32,000 nt of DNA, from NCBI GenBank assembly GCA_963843975.1, contig CAWJMG010000001.1, positions 600,001 through 632,000 on the forward strand, read 5' to 3'. The translations under genes were made by a program, and so were the position numbers. The notes below the pieces were generated by a model that did no database searches, was not told the origin of the DNA, and saw only the letters and a program-made list of their open reading frames with translations. How positions within the stretch are numbered: position 1 is the first letter of the stretch; each line of letters starts with the position of its first letter. Shown in pieces: positions 1-12,347 of the stretch. Source of the stretch: an uncultured Actinomycetes bacterium (GTDB lineage Bacteria > Actinomycetota > Actinomycetes > S36-B12 > CAIYMF01).

Positions 1-834
1 GTGGTGGCCTTCGGCCTCTGCGTCGTGATCTGGGACTACGGCATGCGCCGCACCGTCGGCGTGGGCGCGAGCGACGCGGTCGCCGGCGCGTTCATCGGAG
101 GTCTCGGCGCGTTCGTCGCGATCGTGGGCACCGTCGTCGTGGTGTACCTCGTGTCGTGGACCGGCTGGATCCTGAGCGACGACGGCTTCTACCGCGACTG
201 GGCCTCGAACAACCCGGCGACCGGGGTGTGGACGCTCGCGCCCGACTGGCTGCGGTCGCTCTGGTACTACCACGGCCAGGCGCTGAACTTCCATCGCGGC
301 CTGTCCTCGCCGCACTCGTACCAGAGCAATGCGTGGAGCTGGCTGCTGCAGACACGGCCGACGAGCTTCTTCTACGAGGGCACGCCCGAGATCCCCGGCA
401 GCGCCTGTGGCTCGACCAAGTGCGCGGCCGAGGTGCTCGCCCTCGGCAACCCGATCATCTGGTGGGCCGGCGCCGGTGCGCTCATCCACCAGGCCTGGCG
501 CTGGGCCGCCCGCCGCGACTGGCGCTCGGGGTACGTCGTGCTCGCTCTGCTGGCCGCATGGGTGCCGTGGCTGGGCTTCCAGGGCCGCACGATCTTCACG
601 TTCTACAGCGTCGTGATGGCACCGTTCGTCTGCATCGCGCTGGCGATGACGCTCGGCTCGATCCTCGGCCCCACCGACGCCGACCCCCGGCGCCGCACGA
701 TCGGCGCGAGCGTCGTCGGCTCGATCGTGCTGCTCGCCGTCGCTGCTGCGTGGTTCTTCTACCCGATCTGGTCCGCGCAGACTCTGCCGTACGACGTCTG
801 GCACCTGCGCATGTGGTTCGACACCTGGGTCTGA
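1..834 (+). CDS. Protein O-mannosyltransferase (PMT / carrier-dependent glycosyltransferase family), C-terminal part; the 5' end is outside the window
   Basis: The frame is open from base 1 to TGA at 832-834. It encodes a multi-TM C-terminal region with a W/Y-rich loop (SPHSYQSNAWSWLLQTRPTSFFYE) that I recognise from actinobacterial Pmt proteins. GC3 bias is strong. Confidence 0.7.
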   Translation: MVAFGLCVVIWDYGMRRTVGVGASDAVAGAFIGGLGAFVAIVGTVVVVYLVSWTGWILSDDGFYRDWASNNPATGVWTLAPDWLRSLWYYHGQALNFHRGLSSPHSYQSNAWSWLLQTRPTSFFYEGTPEIPGSACGSTKCAAEVLALGNPIIWWAGAGALIHQAWRWAARRDWRSGYVVLALLAAWVPWLGFQGRTIFTFYSVVMAPFVCIALAMTLGSILGPTDADPRRRTIGASVVGSIVLLAVAAAWFFYPIWSAQTLPYDVWHLRMWFDTWV

Positions 835-840
835 CCCAGC

Positions 841-856
841 GATTTGGTAGTGCTAG
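841..856. repeat. Left arm of a 16-bp perfect palindrome (gatttggtagtgctag), separated from its partner by the IS
   Basis: It is the exact reverse complement of 1978-1993. The adjacent 858-873 carries a nested gcgtca/tgacgc palindrome. Confidence 0.85.
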
Positions 857-874
857 GGCGTCATGGGTGACGCT

Positions 875-1876
875 CTAGCTGTAGTTCCCCGTGAGGTTGT
901 GAACGCGGGCTGCGGGAACGTCGCCGCCGATGCCGGTGTGGGGTCGGTGGTGATTGTAGGAGTGGATCCAGTCGGCGTAGGTCGCGTCGCGGGCGGCCTG
1001 CGAGGGGTAGGTCTGGGCGTAGGCCCACTCTGAGGCCAGCGTGCGGTTGAAGCGTTCGACCTTGCCGTTGGTCTGGGGCCGATAGGGCCGGGTCCGCTTG
1101 TGCTTGACCTCCTTTCCGAGGGCGGAGGCGAAGTCCTTGGATCTGTAGCAGGGGCCGTTGTCGGTCATGACCGCGGTGACGGTGATGCCGGCCGCGTTGA
1201 AGAACGCCCTCGCTCGCTTCCAGAACGCGGCCGCGGTCTCTTTTCGTTCGTCGGGCAGCTGCTCGGAGTAGGCCAGCCGCGTGTGGTCATCGACGGCGTG
1301 GTGCAGGTAGACGTAGCCGCGGGATGACTTGGCCCCCTGACGCGCGGCTCGGGTCCGTGAGACGCGGGCGCGCTTGTCCTGCTCGGAGCCGCGGCCATAG
1401 GCCCGCCAGCCACCGCCGTCGGGGATCTTCCCGAGCTTCTTGACGTCCACGTGCACGAGGTCGCCCGGAGCGGCAGCCTCATAGCGGGTCGGCTTGGTCT
1501 TGCGGACGGGCAGGCCCGTGGCCTGGTCGAGGTGGGTCAGCAGCGGCATCTGGTAGCGGGCCAGCACCCGCCCGACGGTCGAGCGGGGCACGCCCAGGTG
1601 GTAGGCGATCCGGTGCGGGCCCCACCGACGGGTGAACCGCAGCCCGACGATGCGCTGCTCGAGCCGGCGCGGGCACCGGGTCGGGCTGCGCAGGGGCCGC
1701 GACGACCCGTCGGTCATCGGCATGCCCGCCCGGTAGCGGGCAGCCCACTTCGACGCCGTCGCCGGCGAGCACTGGAACCGCTCAGCGGCCCGGCGGACCG
1801 CCCAGCCGTCCTCGACGATCAGCTTGGCCAGGCGAAGACGACCGACAGGGGTGAGCGGGGCGTTAGCGTGAGTCAC
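875..1876 (-). CDS. IS481-family transposase (N-terminal HTH plus rve/DDE integrase core)
   Basis: 333 aa. The N-terminus (PLTPVGRLRLAKLIVEDGWAVRRAAERFQCSPATASKW) is an HTH. DDE-type blocks are present: VHVDVKKLG, LHHAVDDHTRLAY and RPQTNGKVERFNRTL. Confidence 0.9.
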   Translation of the reverse strand: MTHANAPLTPVGRLRLAKLIVEDGWAVRRAAERFQCSPATASKWAARYRAGMPMTDGSSRPLRSPTRCPRRLEQRIVGLRFTRRWGPHRIAYHLGVPRSTVGRVLARYQMPLLTHLDQATGLPVRKTKPTRYEAAAPGDLVHVDVKKLGKIPDGGGWRAYGRGSEQDKRARVSRTRAARQGAKSSRGYVYLHHAVDDHTRLAYSEQLPDERKETAAAFWKRARAFFNAAGITVTAVMTDNGPCYRSKDFASALGKEVKHKRTRPYRPQTNGKVERFNRTLASEWAYAQTYPSQAARDATYADWIHSYNHHRPHTGIGGDVPAARVHNLTGNYS

Positions 1877-1981
1877 GAAGACCTCCGGGCGAGGGTTGGT
1901 GTGGTAACCCCCTCCGTACCGGAGGTCTTCGCTATCCGTCTACGCCCCGCCGTTCACAACGTCCCTGGGAACTACATCTAG
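875..1981 (-). mobile_element. IS481-family insertion sequence with one DDE transposase, imperfect TGT-initiated terminal inverted repeats and CTAG at both flanks
   Basis: IRL 880-905 (tgtagttccccgtgaggttgtgaacg) matches the reverse complement of IRR 1951-1976 (tgtagttcccagggacgttgtgaacg) at 23 of 26 positions. CTAG lies at 875-878 and 1978-1981. The transposase ORF is intact. Confidence 0.8.
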
Positions 1982-1993
1982 CACTACCAAATC
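1978..1993. repeat. Right arm of the 16-bp palindrome (ctagcactaccaaatc)
   Basis: It is the exact reverse complement of 841-856. Confidence 0.85.
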
Positions 1994-2006
1994 GGGCTTG
2001 TGGGCG

Positions 2007-3710
2007 TCAGATGCCGAGCAGAGTGCGCAGGTGGCGCGGGGGCGGCGAGCCGTGGGCGAGCACGGCGTCGTGCACCTGGCGGTCGCCCCAGCCCGGGTTC
2101 GCCGCACGCACGTCTCCGACGACGTCGGCGACCGCGGTCCAGCCGACGTAGTACGTCGAGAGCTGGGTCGAGGTGAGCAGCGCCCGGCGCCACTTGCCCG
2201 CGGCCTCGCCCTCCTCCTGGTGGCCGCGCACCTGCATGAGGCGCATGCCCTCCTCCTCGGTCATGCCGCGCGAGTGGACGCGCACGTCGAGGATCGCGTT
2301 GATGGTGAGGCGCAGCTGCATCTTCAGCTGCTGCAGGCGGATCGCGAGCGCCGCGCGCTCGCCGAGGCCGGCGTCGTACCCGTGCTCGGCCATGAGCTGC
2401 TCGGCGTAGACGGCCCAGCCCTCGACGAACGGTCCGCTCCAGAACGTGCCGCGCACGCGGCTCGGGATGCTCGGACGCCGCCCGTGAGCCAGCTGCAGAA
2501 CGTGACCGGGCATGGCCTCGTGGATGGTGAGGTTCTGCAGCATGCTCGCGTTGTACTCGCGGTAGAACGACGTCACGCGCTCGTCGTCCCACCCCGCCGG
2601 CGTCGGCGACACGGCGAAGAACGTCGGCAGCGGCCGCAGCTCGAGCGGGCCCGGCGGGTCGCAGTAGGCGACGGCGACACCGCGGTGGATCTCGGGCATC
2701 TCGACGATCTCGACCGGGTCGTCGTGCACGGTGACGAGGTCGTGGTCGCGCACGAAGGCGGTCGTGGTCTCCAGCGCGGAGGCGCAGAGTGCGAGCACGG
2801 TGGTGTCGTCGACCGGTCCCTCCGCGGCGACCGCGTCGAGGGCGCGGCGCACGACGGCTCCAGCGTCGTCCGGCGGGGGCGTCGACTCGCCCAGGAACTC
2901 GGCGGCGGCGCGGGCGATCTCGCCCTCGATGCGCGCGAGGTCGGTCTCGGCGCGGTGCAGGACGTCGTCGGGCGTGAGGTCGGCGTCGAGGGTGGCCCAC
3001 AGCTTGGCGGCGAACTTCTCCGAGCCGAGGCGCGGCTCGCGGGTCGCGCGGCCGCCCTCGAGCCGGTCGCGCAGCCAGCCGAGGTGCGCCTCGATCGCTC
3101 CGGCGGCCGCGTCGCGCGCGGGCTCCACGAGACGGCGCAGGGACGGCTCGGCCGCAAGCGCCGCCTCGACCTGGCCGTCGAGCAGGTGACGTGTGCCCTC
3201 GAACTGGCCGATCGCGGTCTCGACGTGCACCTGCGGCATCTCGCCGAGCATCTCGCGCGCGACCGTCAGCGCCTCGGGCACGGCCGCGAGACGGCCGGCG
3301 AGCGACGTGAGCCGCTCGGCCAGCGGCGCGAAGTCGCGCGCGAGGAGCACGTGCAGGTCGCTGCCCGGGTTGGCGACGAGCGGGTTCCACTCGGCCTCGC
3401 GGATCGTCTCGATGCTCAGCTTCTCGGCCGCGAGCTTGGCGCGCAGGATCTCGAGGTCGACGGCGGAGGCGTGCCCCAGGGCGAGGTCGTCGATCTGGTC
3501 GACGGCCGAGAGGTCCTCGTCGATCGTGCTCAGCGTCTCGCCGAGGCCGTCCTCGCTGAGGTCGGAGAGCCGGTCGTCGAAGCGGTGGTCGCCGAGGCCG
3601 GAGGCGAGGCCCGGGCTCCGCGCGAGCAGCCCGTCGATCACGTGGTCTGCCAGCGCCGCGAAGGTCTGCTCGACATCGCCCGATCGGTCGCCGAGCTCCC
3701 AGTCCGTCAT
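2007..3710 (-). CDS. DUF885 family protein (putative metallopeptidase-like)
   Basis: 567 aa. The block NLTIHEAMPGHVLQLAHG (HExxxH-like) and the overall layout are what I recognise as DUF885. The plus-strand ORFs across this span are Arg/Ala-rich shadow ORFs. Confidence 0.75.
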   Translation of the reverse strand: MTDWELGDRSGDVEQTFAALADHVIDGLLARSPGLASGLGDHRFDDRLSDLSEDGLGETLSTIDEDLSAVDQIDDLALGHASAVDLEILRAKLAAEKLSIETIREAEWNPLVANPGSDLHVLLARDFAPLAERLTSLAGRLAAVPEALTVAREMLGEMPQVHVETAIGQFEGTRHLLDGQVEAALAAEPSLRRLVEPARDAAAGAIEAHLGWLRDRLEGGRATREPRLGSEKFAAKLWATLDADLTPDDVLHRAETDLARIEGEIARAAAEFLGESTPPPDDAGAVVRRALDAVAAEGPVDDTTVLALCASALETTTAFVRDHDLVTVHDDPVEIVEMPEIHRGVAVAYCDPPGPLELRPLPTFFAVSPTPAGWDDERVTSFYREYNASMLQNLTIHEAMPGHVLQLAHGRRPSIPSRVRGTFWSGPFVEGWAVYAEQLMAEHGYDAGLGERAALAIRLQQLKMQLRLTINAILDVRVHSRGMTEEEGMRLMQVRGHQEEGEAAGKWRRALLTSTQLSTYYVGWTAVADVVGDVRAANPGWGDRQVHDAVLAHGSPPPRHLRTLLGI

Positions 3711-3749
3711 CCCCCGACCGTACCCGTCCGAGGTGGAGGCCCGACCGGC

Positions 3750-4454
3750 TCAGTCAGGAACGCCCTCGGCCGCCCGGACCCGGGCGCGGTAGTCGCGCAC
3801 CGAGGCGCGCAGCGCCTGCTCGGCGTCGACGCCGTCGGCGCGGGCCTGCGCGACCAGGGCGAGCAGGAGGTCGCCGTACGCCGACTCCGCGTCCGGGCGC
3901 GAGGCGGCGACCGACGCGACGGCGGCCGCGGCCACCTGGGCGGCGTCCTCGGCGGCGGGCTGGACGTCGACGCGCTTGGCGCGCGACATGAGCTTGGCGG
4001 CGAGCACGAGGGCGGGCAGCGCCTGCGGCACGCCGTCGGTGATCGAGGCGCGGCCCTTCTCGGCGGCCTTGAGCGCAGCCCAGTTGGCCTCGACCTCAGC
4101 CGCCGTCGCGGCGTCGACGTCGGCGAACACGTGCGGGTGCCGGGAGACCAGCTTGTCGACGATGCCGGCGGCGACGTCGTCGATCGACCACGGCTCGTCG
4201 TGCTCCTCGGCGATCCGCGCGTGGAACACCACCTGCAGGAGCAGGTCGCCGAGCTCCTCGCGCAGCGCGGCGTCATCCGAGGTCTCGATCGCCTCGACTG
4301 CCTCGTAGGCCTCCTCGACGAGGTACTCGACGAGGGACTCGTGGGTCTGCTCGGCGTCCCACGGGCAGCCGCCCGGCGAGCGCAGCCGGTCCATGACGGC
4401 CACGAGGTCGAGCAGCCGCTCGCCGGGGCGCGGCGAGGAGGGCCGGTCGGTCAC
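3750..4454 (-). CDS. mazG: Nucleoside triphosphate pyrophosphohydrolase MazG
   Basis: 234 aa. Contains LRSPGGCPWDAEQTHESLVEYLVEEAYEAVEAIE and a second EExGDLLLQ-type block. The position downstream of mfd matches other actinobacteria. Confidence 0.85.
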   Translation of the reverse strand: MTDRPSSPRPGERLLDLVAVMDRLRSPGGCPWDAEQTHESLVEYLVEEAYEAVEAIETSDDAALREELGDLLLQVVFHARIAEEHDEPWSIDDVAAGIVDKLVSRHPHVFADVDAATAAEVEANWAALKAAEKGRASITDGVPQALPALVLAAKLMSRAKRVDVQPAAEDAAQVAAAAVASVAASRPDAESAYGDLLLALVAQARADGVDAEQALRASVRDYRARVRAAEGVPD

Positions 4455-4486
4455 GTGGGCACGCCCTCGCCGCGGTGCACCAGCGC

Positions 4487-5128
4487 CTACTCGGTGGCGG
4501 CGGGGCCGAGGGGGAGCGTCGACAGGTCGTCAGGAACCGGCGCCAGCGCGACCGACGCGGCATTCCACGTGCCGAAGCGCGGGGCCACCTCGGCGCCGAG
4601 CTCGGCGGACAGCTCGCCCAGGTACTTCACGAGCGCCGCCGACACCTCTTCGGCGCTGCCCTGAGGGGCAAGCTTCTCGCCGAGCTTCTGCTGGAGCAGG
4701 AAGTCGCGGGCGAAGTCCGAGACCTGCGAGGCCGGGATGTTCTGCTGGACGGCGAGCTGGGTCTCGAGGGCCGCCATGTCGCCGCCGAAGTTATTCGCGG
4801 CGGTCGAGCGGATGACGGTGTCGACGTCGCCCTGCGTCACGACGATGCCCTCGCGCCGAGCGGCCTCCTCGAGGAGCGCGCTGCGCATGAGGCGGTCGAC
4901 GTTGGACGCCGTCGCGGCACCCTGGTCGAAGGGCTCCTGCTGGTTGGTCGGCGCCAGCTGGTCGCGCAGCTCGGTGACCAGCCCGGCGAGGTCGGAGTCC
5001 GACACCGTGGTGCTGCCGACCGAGAGTGCGTTGCCCGCGAGGTTGCTGCCGCAGGCGGCGAGGAGGGCCACGAGGACGGCGGCGCCGGCCGCTCGGGTCA
5101 CGACACGGAGTCGGGGGGCGGTGCTCAC
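4487..5128 (-). CDS. Secreted lipoprotein with a SurA N-terminal-like chaperone domain
   Basis: A lipobox (LLAACGS) follows a hydrophobic signal peptide. I moved the start to GTG at 5128 because GAGAGGA lies 5 nt upstream and the longer ORF (to 5227) would overlap the mfd 3' end with an implausible N-terminus. Confidence 0.6.
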   Translation of the reverse strand: MSTAPRLRVVTRAAGAAVLVALLAACGSNLAGNALSVGSTTVSDSDLAGLVTELRDQLAPTNQQEPFDQGAATASNVDRLMRSALLEEAARREGIVVTQGDVDTVIRSTAANNFGGDMAALETQLAVQQNIPASQVSDFARDFLLQQKLGEKLAPQGSAEEVSAALVKYLGELSAELGAEVAPRFGTWNAASVALAPVPDDLSTLPLGPAATE

Positions 5129-5138
5129 GGCAGTCCTC

Positions 5139-8729
<3,591 letters not shown>

Positions 8730-8870
8730 GGTTCCTTCCCTGCGCACGCCCGTAAGCCCCGCTCCTCGGCGAGGGCGGGGGTGGTCGCGTGCGACACCTC
8801 GACTCTACGACGTGCGGCCGACAGAGGCGACCGCCCCCGGGGCGTCGGCGGACGGGTGCAGGATGCGCGT

Positions 8871-9617
8871 GTGACCGAGACGACGCCGCTCCCCCCGATC
8901 GACTGCAGCTTCAAGGACCTCTGCCTCGACGCCGTCGACTCCGGCGTCCTGGCCCGATTCTGGGGCGGGCTGCTCGCGCGCGCCGTGCAGGACACCAACG
9001 ACGGCGGCTTCGCGGTGGAGCCACGGGGCGCGCACGGCGAGCACATGTGGGTCGACCCGGTCCCGGAGCCGCGCCGGGTCAAGACCCGCGTCCACCTCGA
9101 CGTACGACTGCCGGCTCACGACATCGCGCCCGTGCTGGCCGCGGGGGCGAGCCTGGTGAGCGAGTACTCCGACGAGCAGCACTGGTGGGTGCTGGCCGAC
9201 CCGGACGGCAACCTCTTCTGCGCCATGCCGCCGGCCCCGCCCGAGTACGAGCAGGCCGAGGTGGCGGTGCCCACGCCGTTCGAGCTCGTCGTCGACTCGA
9301 CCGACCCCGAGGCCCAGGCGACCTGGTGGGCCGACCGCACGGGTGGCACCGCGCTGTCGCGGCCCGGTGCGCCGTACTCGTGGATCGAGGGCGCTGCCGG
9401 CTTCCCCTTCGGCTACTGGGTCTTCAACAACGTGCCCGAGCCCAAGACGGTGAAGAACCGCATGCACTGGGACGTCGAGCTGCCGAAGGGGGTCGACTCG
9501 CCCGCGGCGCTCGTCGAGGCAGGCGCGACGGTGCTGCGCGAGCCCGACGACGAGATCCGCTGGTGGGTGCTGGCAGACCCCGAGGGCAACGAGTTCTGCG
9601 TCTTCACCCGGGCCTAG
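8871..9617 (+). CDS. VOC (glyoxalase-like) family protein with two tandem domains
   Basis: Only the last 248 codons of the 1626-aa plus-strand ORF look real. There are two repeats, each ending in WWVLADPDGNLFC / WWVLADPEGNEFCV, typical of Glyoxalase-like VOC domains. GTG at 8871 is in frame. Confidence 0.7.
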   Translation: MTETTPLPPIDCSFKDLCLDAVDSGVLARFWGGLLARAVQDTNDGGFAVEPRGAHGEHMWVDPVPEPRRVKTRVHLDVRLPAHDIAPVLAAGASLVSEYSDEQHWWVLADPDGNLFCAMPPAPPEYEQAEVAVPTPFELVVDSTDPEAQATWWADRTGGTALSRPGAPYSWIEGAAGFPFGYWVFNNVPEPKTVKNRMHWDVELPKGVDSPAALVEAGATVLREPDDEIRWWVLADPEGNEFCVFTRA

Positions 9618-9624
9618 CCCCGCC

Positions 9625-9747
9625 TTACGGCTGGTCGCCCGGCTCGTCGTCCTCGCCACGGCGCGGCGCGGGGACGACGACCAGCGCGAGCACCTCGACC
9701 GGCAGCTGCGACCACGCGTCGGCGTACATCCGGGTCAGTGCGTCCAT
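9625..9747 (-). CDS. Possible 40-aa small protein (MDALTRMYADAWSQLPVEVLALVVVPAPRRGEDDEPGDQP)
   Basis: It is below the ORF-track cutoff. It runs from an ATG to a TAA, and nearly every third codon position is G or C. No convincing SD is present. Confidence 0.25.
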   Translation of the reverse strand: MDALTRMYADAWSQLPVEVLALVVVPAPRRGEDDEPGDQP

Positions 9748-9840
9748 GCCTCGACGCTAGGTCTGCGCCTGCGCCGGCGTCGTCGGGGACGCTCCCCCAC
9801 CCCACCCTGATCCGACCCCCACCTGGGGCCGGCAGCTGGA

Positions 9841-10077
9841 TCAGCCAACGACGACGAGGCGCTGCTGGCGCAGCGACATCACGAGCGCGACGATCCAGCC
9901 GATGATGGTCCAGCCGAGCAGCAGGTTGACCCAGAAGACGCCCCAGTGCTTGACGTCGCGGACTGCGGCGACGGCCCACGGGGCCATGTAGCCGCCGGTG
10001 AGGACGGCGACGACGATGGCGACGACCTTGGTGGCGGTCCACGACCTGTCGCGGGGCTCTACCCGCACGGCGCTCAT
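9841..10077 (-). CDS. Superinfection-immunity-like small membrane protein (Imm_superinfect family)
   Basis: 78 aa with two TM helices. The motif YMAPWAVAAVRDVKHWGVFWVNLLLGWTIIGWIVALV matches the LLGWT..GW signature I associate with this family. Confidence 0.6.
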   Translation of the reverse strand: MSAVRVEPRDRSWTATKVVAIVVAVLTGGYMAPWAVAAVRDVKHWGVFWVNLLLGWTIIGWIVALVMSLRQQRLVVVG

Positions 10078-10149
10078 GGCACCGATGCTAACGACGGACG
10101 CCGGACCCGCCTCCTGGCAGGCCCGGCGTCACGTCCGGTGGTCCGCGTC

Positions 10150-12108
10150 CTAGACGCTCGCGGCCACCACGTCACCCTGGAGCCGGCGTGCAGCCTCCTC
10201 GTCGCCGAAGCGGGCTGCGCGGCGGAGCCACTCGGCGGCACGCTCGGTCTGGCCGCGACCCTCGAGCAGCGTGGCGATGCGGTTCATCGACGGGGTGTCG
10301 TTGAGCATCGCCGCGCGGCCGTACCACTCCTCGGCCGTCTTCAGGTCCTCGCGGTCGGCCGAGAGATCGCCGAGGGCGCGCATCGAGAGCGCGTGGTTGT
10401 GCTCCTCCGCCGCCTCGGACCATGCCTGCTGGGCGGCCCGGCGGTCGCCCGCCGACGCGAAGGCCGTCCCGCGTGCGAACAGTGCCTCGCCGCTGATGCC
10501 GGTCTCGACCGGGGCCGGTGCGTCGCCGTCCGCCGCAGCCGGGCTGATCGGCGCCGAGACGACGTGCTGCTGGAAGTAGAGCTCGTCGGGGTAGGCGACG
10601 GCGCGGCCGTCGGCGACGGTGAGCTCGTGGGTCACGCGGCCGTGCTCGACGACCGCCGCGACCTCCCACTCGGGGTTCGTGACCGAGATCGACCACAGCA
10701 GCACGGCGCCGCGGAGGTCGTCGGGCAGCGAGGCGAGCATCTCGTCGAGGCGGTCGAGCGCGACGAGCGCGCGGGCCACCGGCGAGCCGTGGCCGCGGGC
10801 GGCGTCGGCGAAGAGGTCGGCGGCCTGACGGGCGAGGTCGACCGAGTCGCCGTCGCGCCAGGTGGCCCAGGACGCGGCGTCCGCACCGCGCACGGCGCCG
10901 ACCTCCGCACCGGGATAGCCGGCCATCGCGCTCGGCCAGTGCCAGGCGCAGGCCCACGCGGCCCCGGCCTGGGTCTGCCAGACGACGTCGCTCGACGCGC
11001 TGCACGGGCCGTCGCGGTCGACGGCGGCGCAGGTGGGGTGACCGGCGTCGAGCACGGCCGCCACGGCGGCGAAGTGCAGGTCGCGCGGGTCGGGCTCGGG
11101 CTCGGGCTCGGGGACGACCTCGGCGACGGGCTCCTCGGCGACCTCCTCGACAGCCTCGGGGAGCTCGGCCACGGGCTCGGCGACCTCCGCGTACGGCGCC
11201 TCGGCCTCGACCGCCTCGACCGCCTCGACCGCCTCGACCGCAGGCTCCTCGACGACCTCGGCCAGCTCGGCCACGGGCTCCTCGACGACAGGCTCCTCGA
11301 CGAGCGGGGCGGCGTTCACGTCGGCGACGAGGTCCTCGACCACGGGGGCCACGGGCTCCTCGACGGCCTCGGCCGGGAACACCGTCTCGGCGGGCATCGC
11401 GAACGGGTCGTCGTGGTGCTCGGCGACGGCGACGGCGGCGGCCGCCGCGGCCGCGAGGGCCAGACCGCCGATCTCGGCGGGCTCGGGCTCGGGCGCCGTC
11501 TCGGCCTCGACGAGGTCGGCCACCGCGACGTCGGCTGCCACCTCGGGAAGGACCGGACCGTCCGGAAGGACGACGGGCGGCAGGTCCTCGAGCGCGACGT
11601 GCTCGACGACCGGCTCGGCCTCGACCGCCGGCTCCAGCGCCGGGAGCTCGTCCTCGACCAGGGGCTCGAGGGCCGGGATGTCGGACGCAGCAATGGCCTC
11701 GAGCACCGGCTCGGCCTCGGGCACCGGCTTCGCCTCGAGGTCGGGCTCGGTCTCGAGCTCGGCCACGGCCTCCTCGACGGAGGCAGCGGGTGCCTCGCCG
11801 GCGAGGCGCAGGATCATGCCCGGCAGCGGGTCGTGGGCCGGGTCGTCGACCAGGGGCAGCGTGAGGCGCCACTCGGGCAGGCCCTCCACCACCTCGGCGC
11901 CGCTGTCGACCAGCCGGTAGACGCGGACGTCGCGCACGGCTTCGCCGTACACCTCGCGCAGCGCGGCGGACACGTCCTCGCCCTCGGCGAGGACGAGGCG
12001 TACGCGCGCCGAGTCGATGCAGATGCGCTCGTGCACGGCGTAGGTGTCGCCGCCCGCCACGACCGTGGAGAAGCTCGCGCTCGGGTGTGTCGGTCCAGTG
12101 CTCAGCAC
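10150..12108 (-). CDS. Hypothetical protein with a small N-terminal domain, a long acidic E/A/V/P low-complexity repeat region, a central Cys/Trp-containing domain and C-terminal TPR/Sel1-like repeats
   Basis: 652 aa. The C-terminus (AEEWYGRAAMLNDTPSMNRIATLLEGRGQTERAAEWLRRAARFGDEEAARRL) is Sel1/TPR-like. The start is uncertain: GTG at 12108 lacks an SD, whereas an out-of-frame ATG at 12148 has one (see findings). Confidence 0.6.
   Translation of the reverse strand: MLSTGPTHPSASFSTVVAGGDTYAVHERICIDSARVRLVLAEGEDVSAALREVYGEAVRDVRVYRLVDSGAEVVEGLPEWRLTLPLVDDPAHDPLPGMILRLAGEAPAASVEEAVAELETEPDLEAKPVPEAEPVLEAIAASDIPALEPLVEDELPALEPAVEAEPVVEHVALEDLPPVVLPDGPVLPEVAADVAVADLVEAETAPEPEPAEIGGLALAAAAAAAVAVAEHHDDPFAMPAETVFPAEAVEEPVAPVVEDLVADVNAAPLVEEPVVEEPVAELAEVVEEPAVEAVEAVEAVEAEAPYAEVAEPVAELPEAVEEVAEEPVAEVVPEPEPEPDPRDLHFAAVAAVLDAGHPTCAAVDRDGPCSASSDVVWQTQAGAAWACAWHWPSAMAGYPGAEVGAVRGADAASWATWRDGDSVDLARQAADLFADAARGHGSPVARALVALDRLDEMLASLPDDLRGAVLLWSISVTNPEWEVAAVVEHGRVTHELTVADGRAVAYPDELYFQQHVVSAPISPAAADGDAPAPVETGISGEALFARGTAFASAGDRRAAQQAWSEAAEEHNHALSMRALGDLSADREDLKTAEEWYGRAAMLNDTPSMNRIATLLEGRGQTERAAEWLRRAARFGDEEAARRLQGDVVAASV
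11205..11240. repeat. Four perfect tandem copies of the 9-bp unit cctcgaccg, in frame within the acidic-repeat gene
   Basis: Read directly. It encodes AVEAVEAVEAVE on the minus strand. Confidence 0.9.
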
Positions 12109-12347
12109 CGACCATGCGGACTCGCCGCGTCCCGCTCTCGAGTGCCATCAAGGCCTCCGGCCCAGTACGACCCGTGCCGTCCACGAGTGTCATGACTGCG
12201 GATCGACCCTGGTCGCCGCGGTCTTGATGGGCGGTCCGGGGGATGCGCGCGGGCCTGGATCGTGCGGGGCCTACCGCCGCCGTCACCCGTTCGGAGCAGC
12301 GTGCCTGCCTTGTTGCGTCACCGGTCGTAGTGCCCGGTGCTCCGCGG

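Noticed and set aside
9614-10042. A 142-aa minus-strand ORF overlapping the immunity-like gene
   Set aside because: It is Arg-rich (RRHRRRRPHRR), and it overlaps the better-supported 78-aa membrane protein in another frame.
11100-11760. Short periodic repeats (cctcgaccg, gggctcgg) as a possible CRISPR or other non-coding array
   Set aside because: The units are 9 bp or shorter, have no spacers and lie in frame inside a coding low-complexity region. This is not a CRISPR architecture, and I saw no CRISPR array anywhere in the window.
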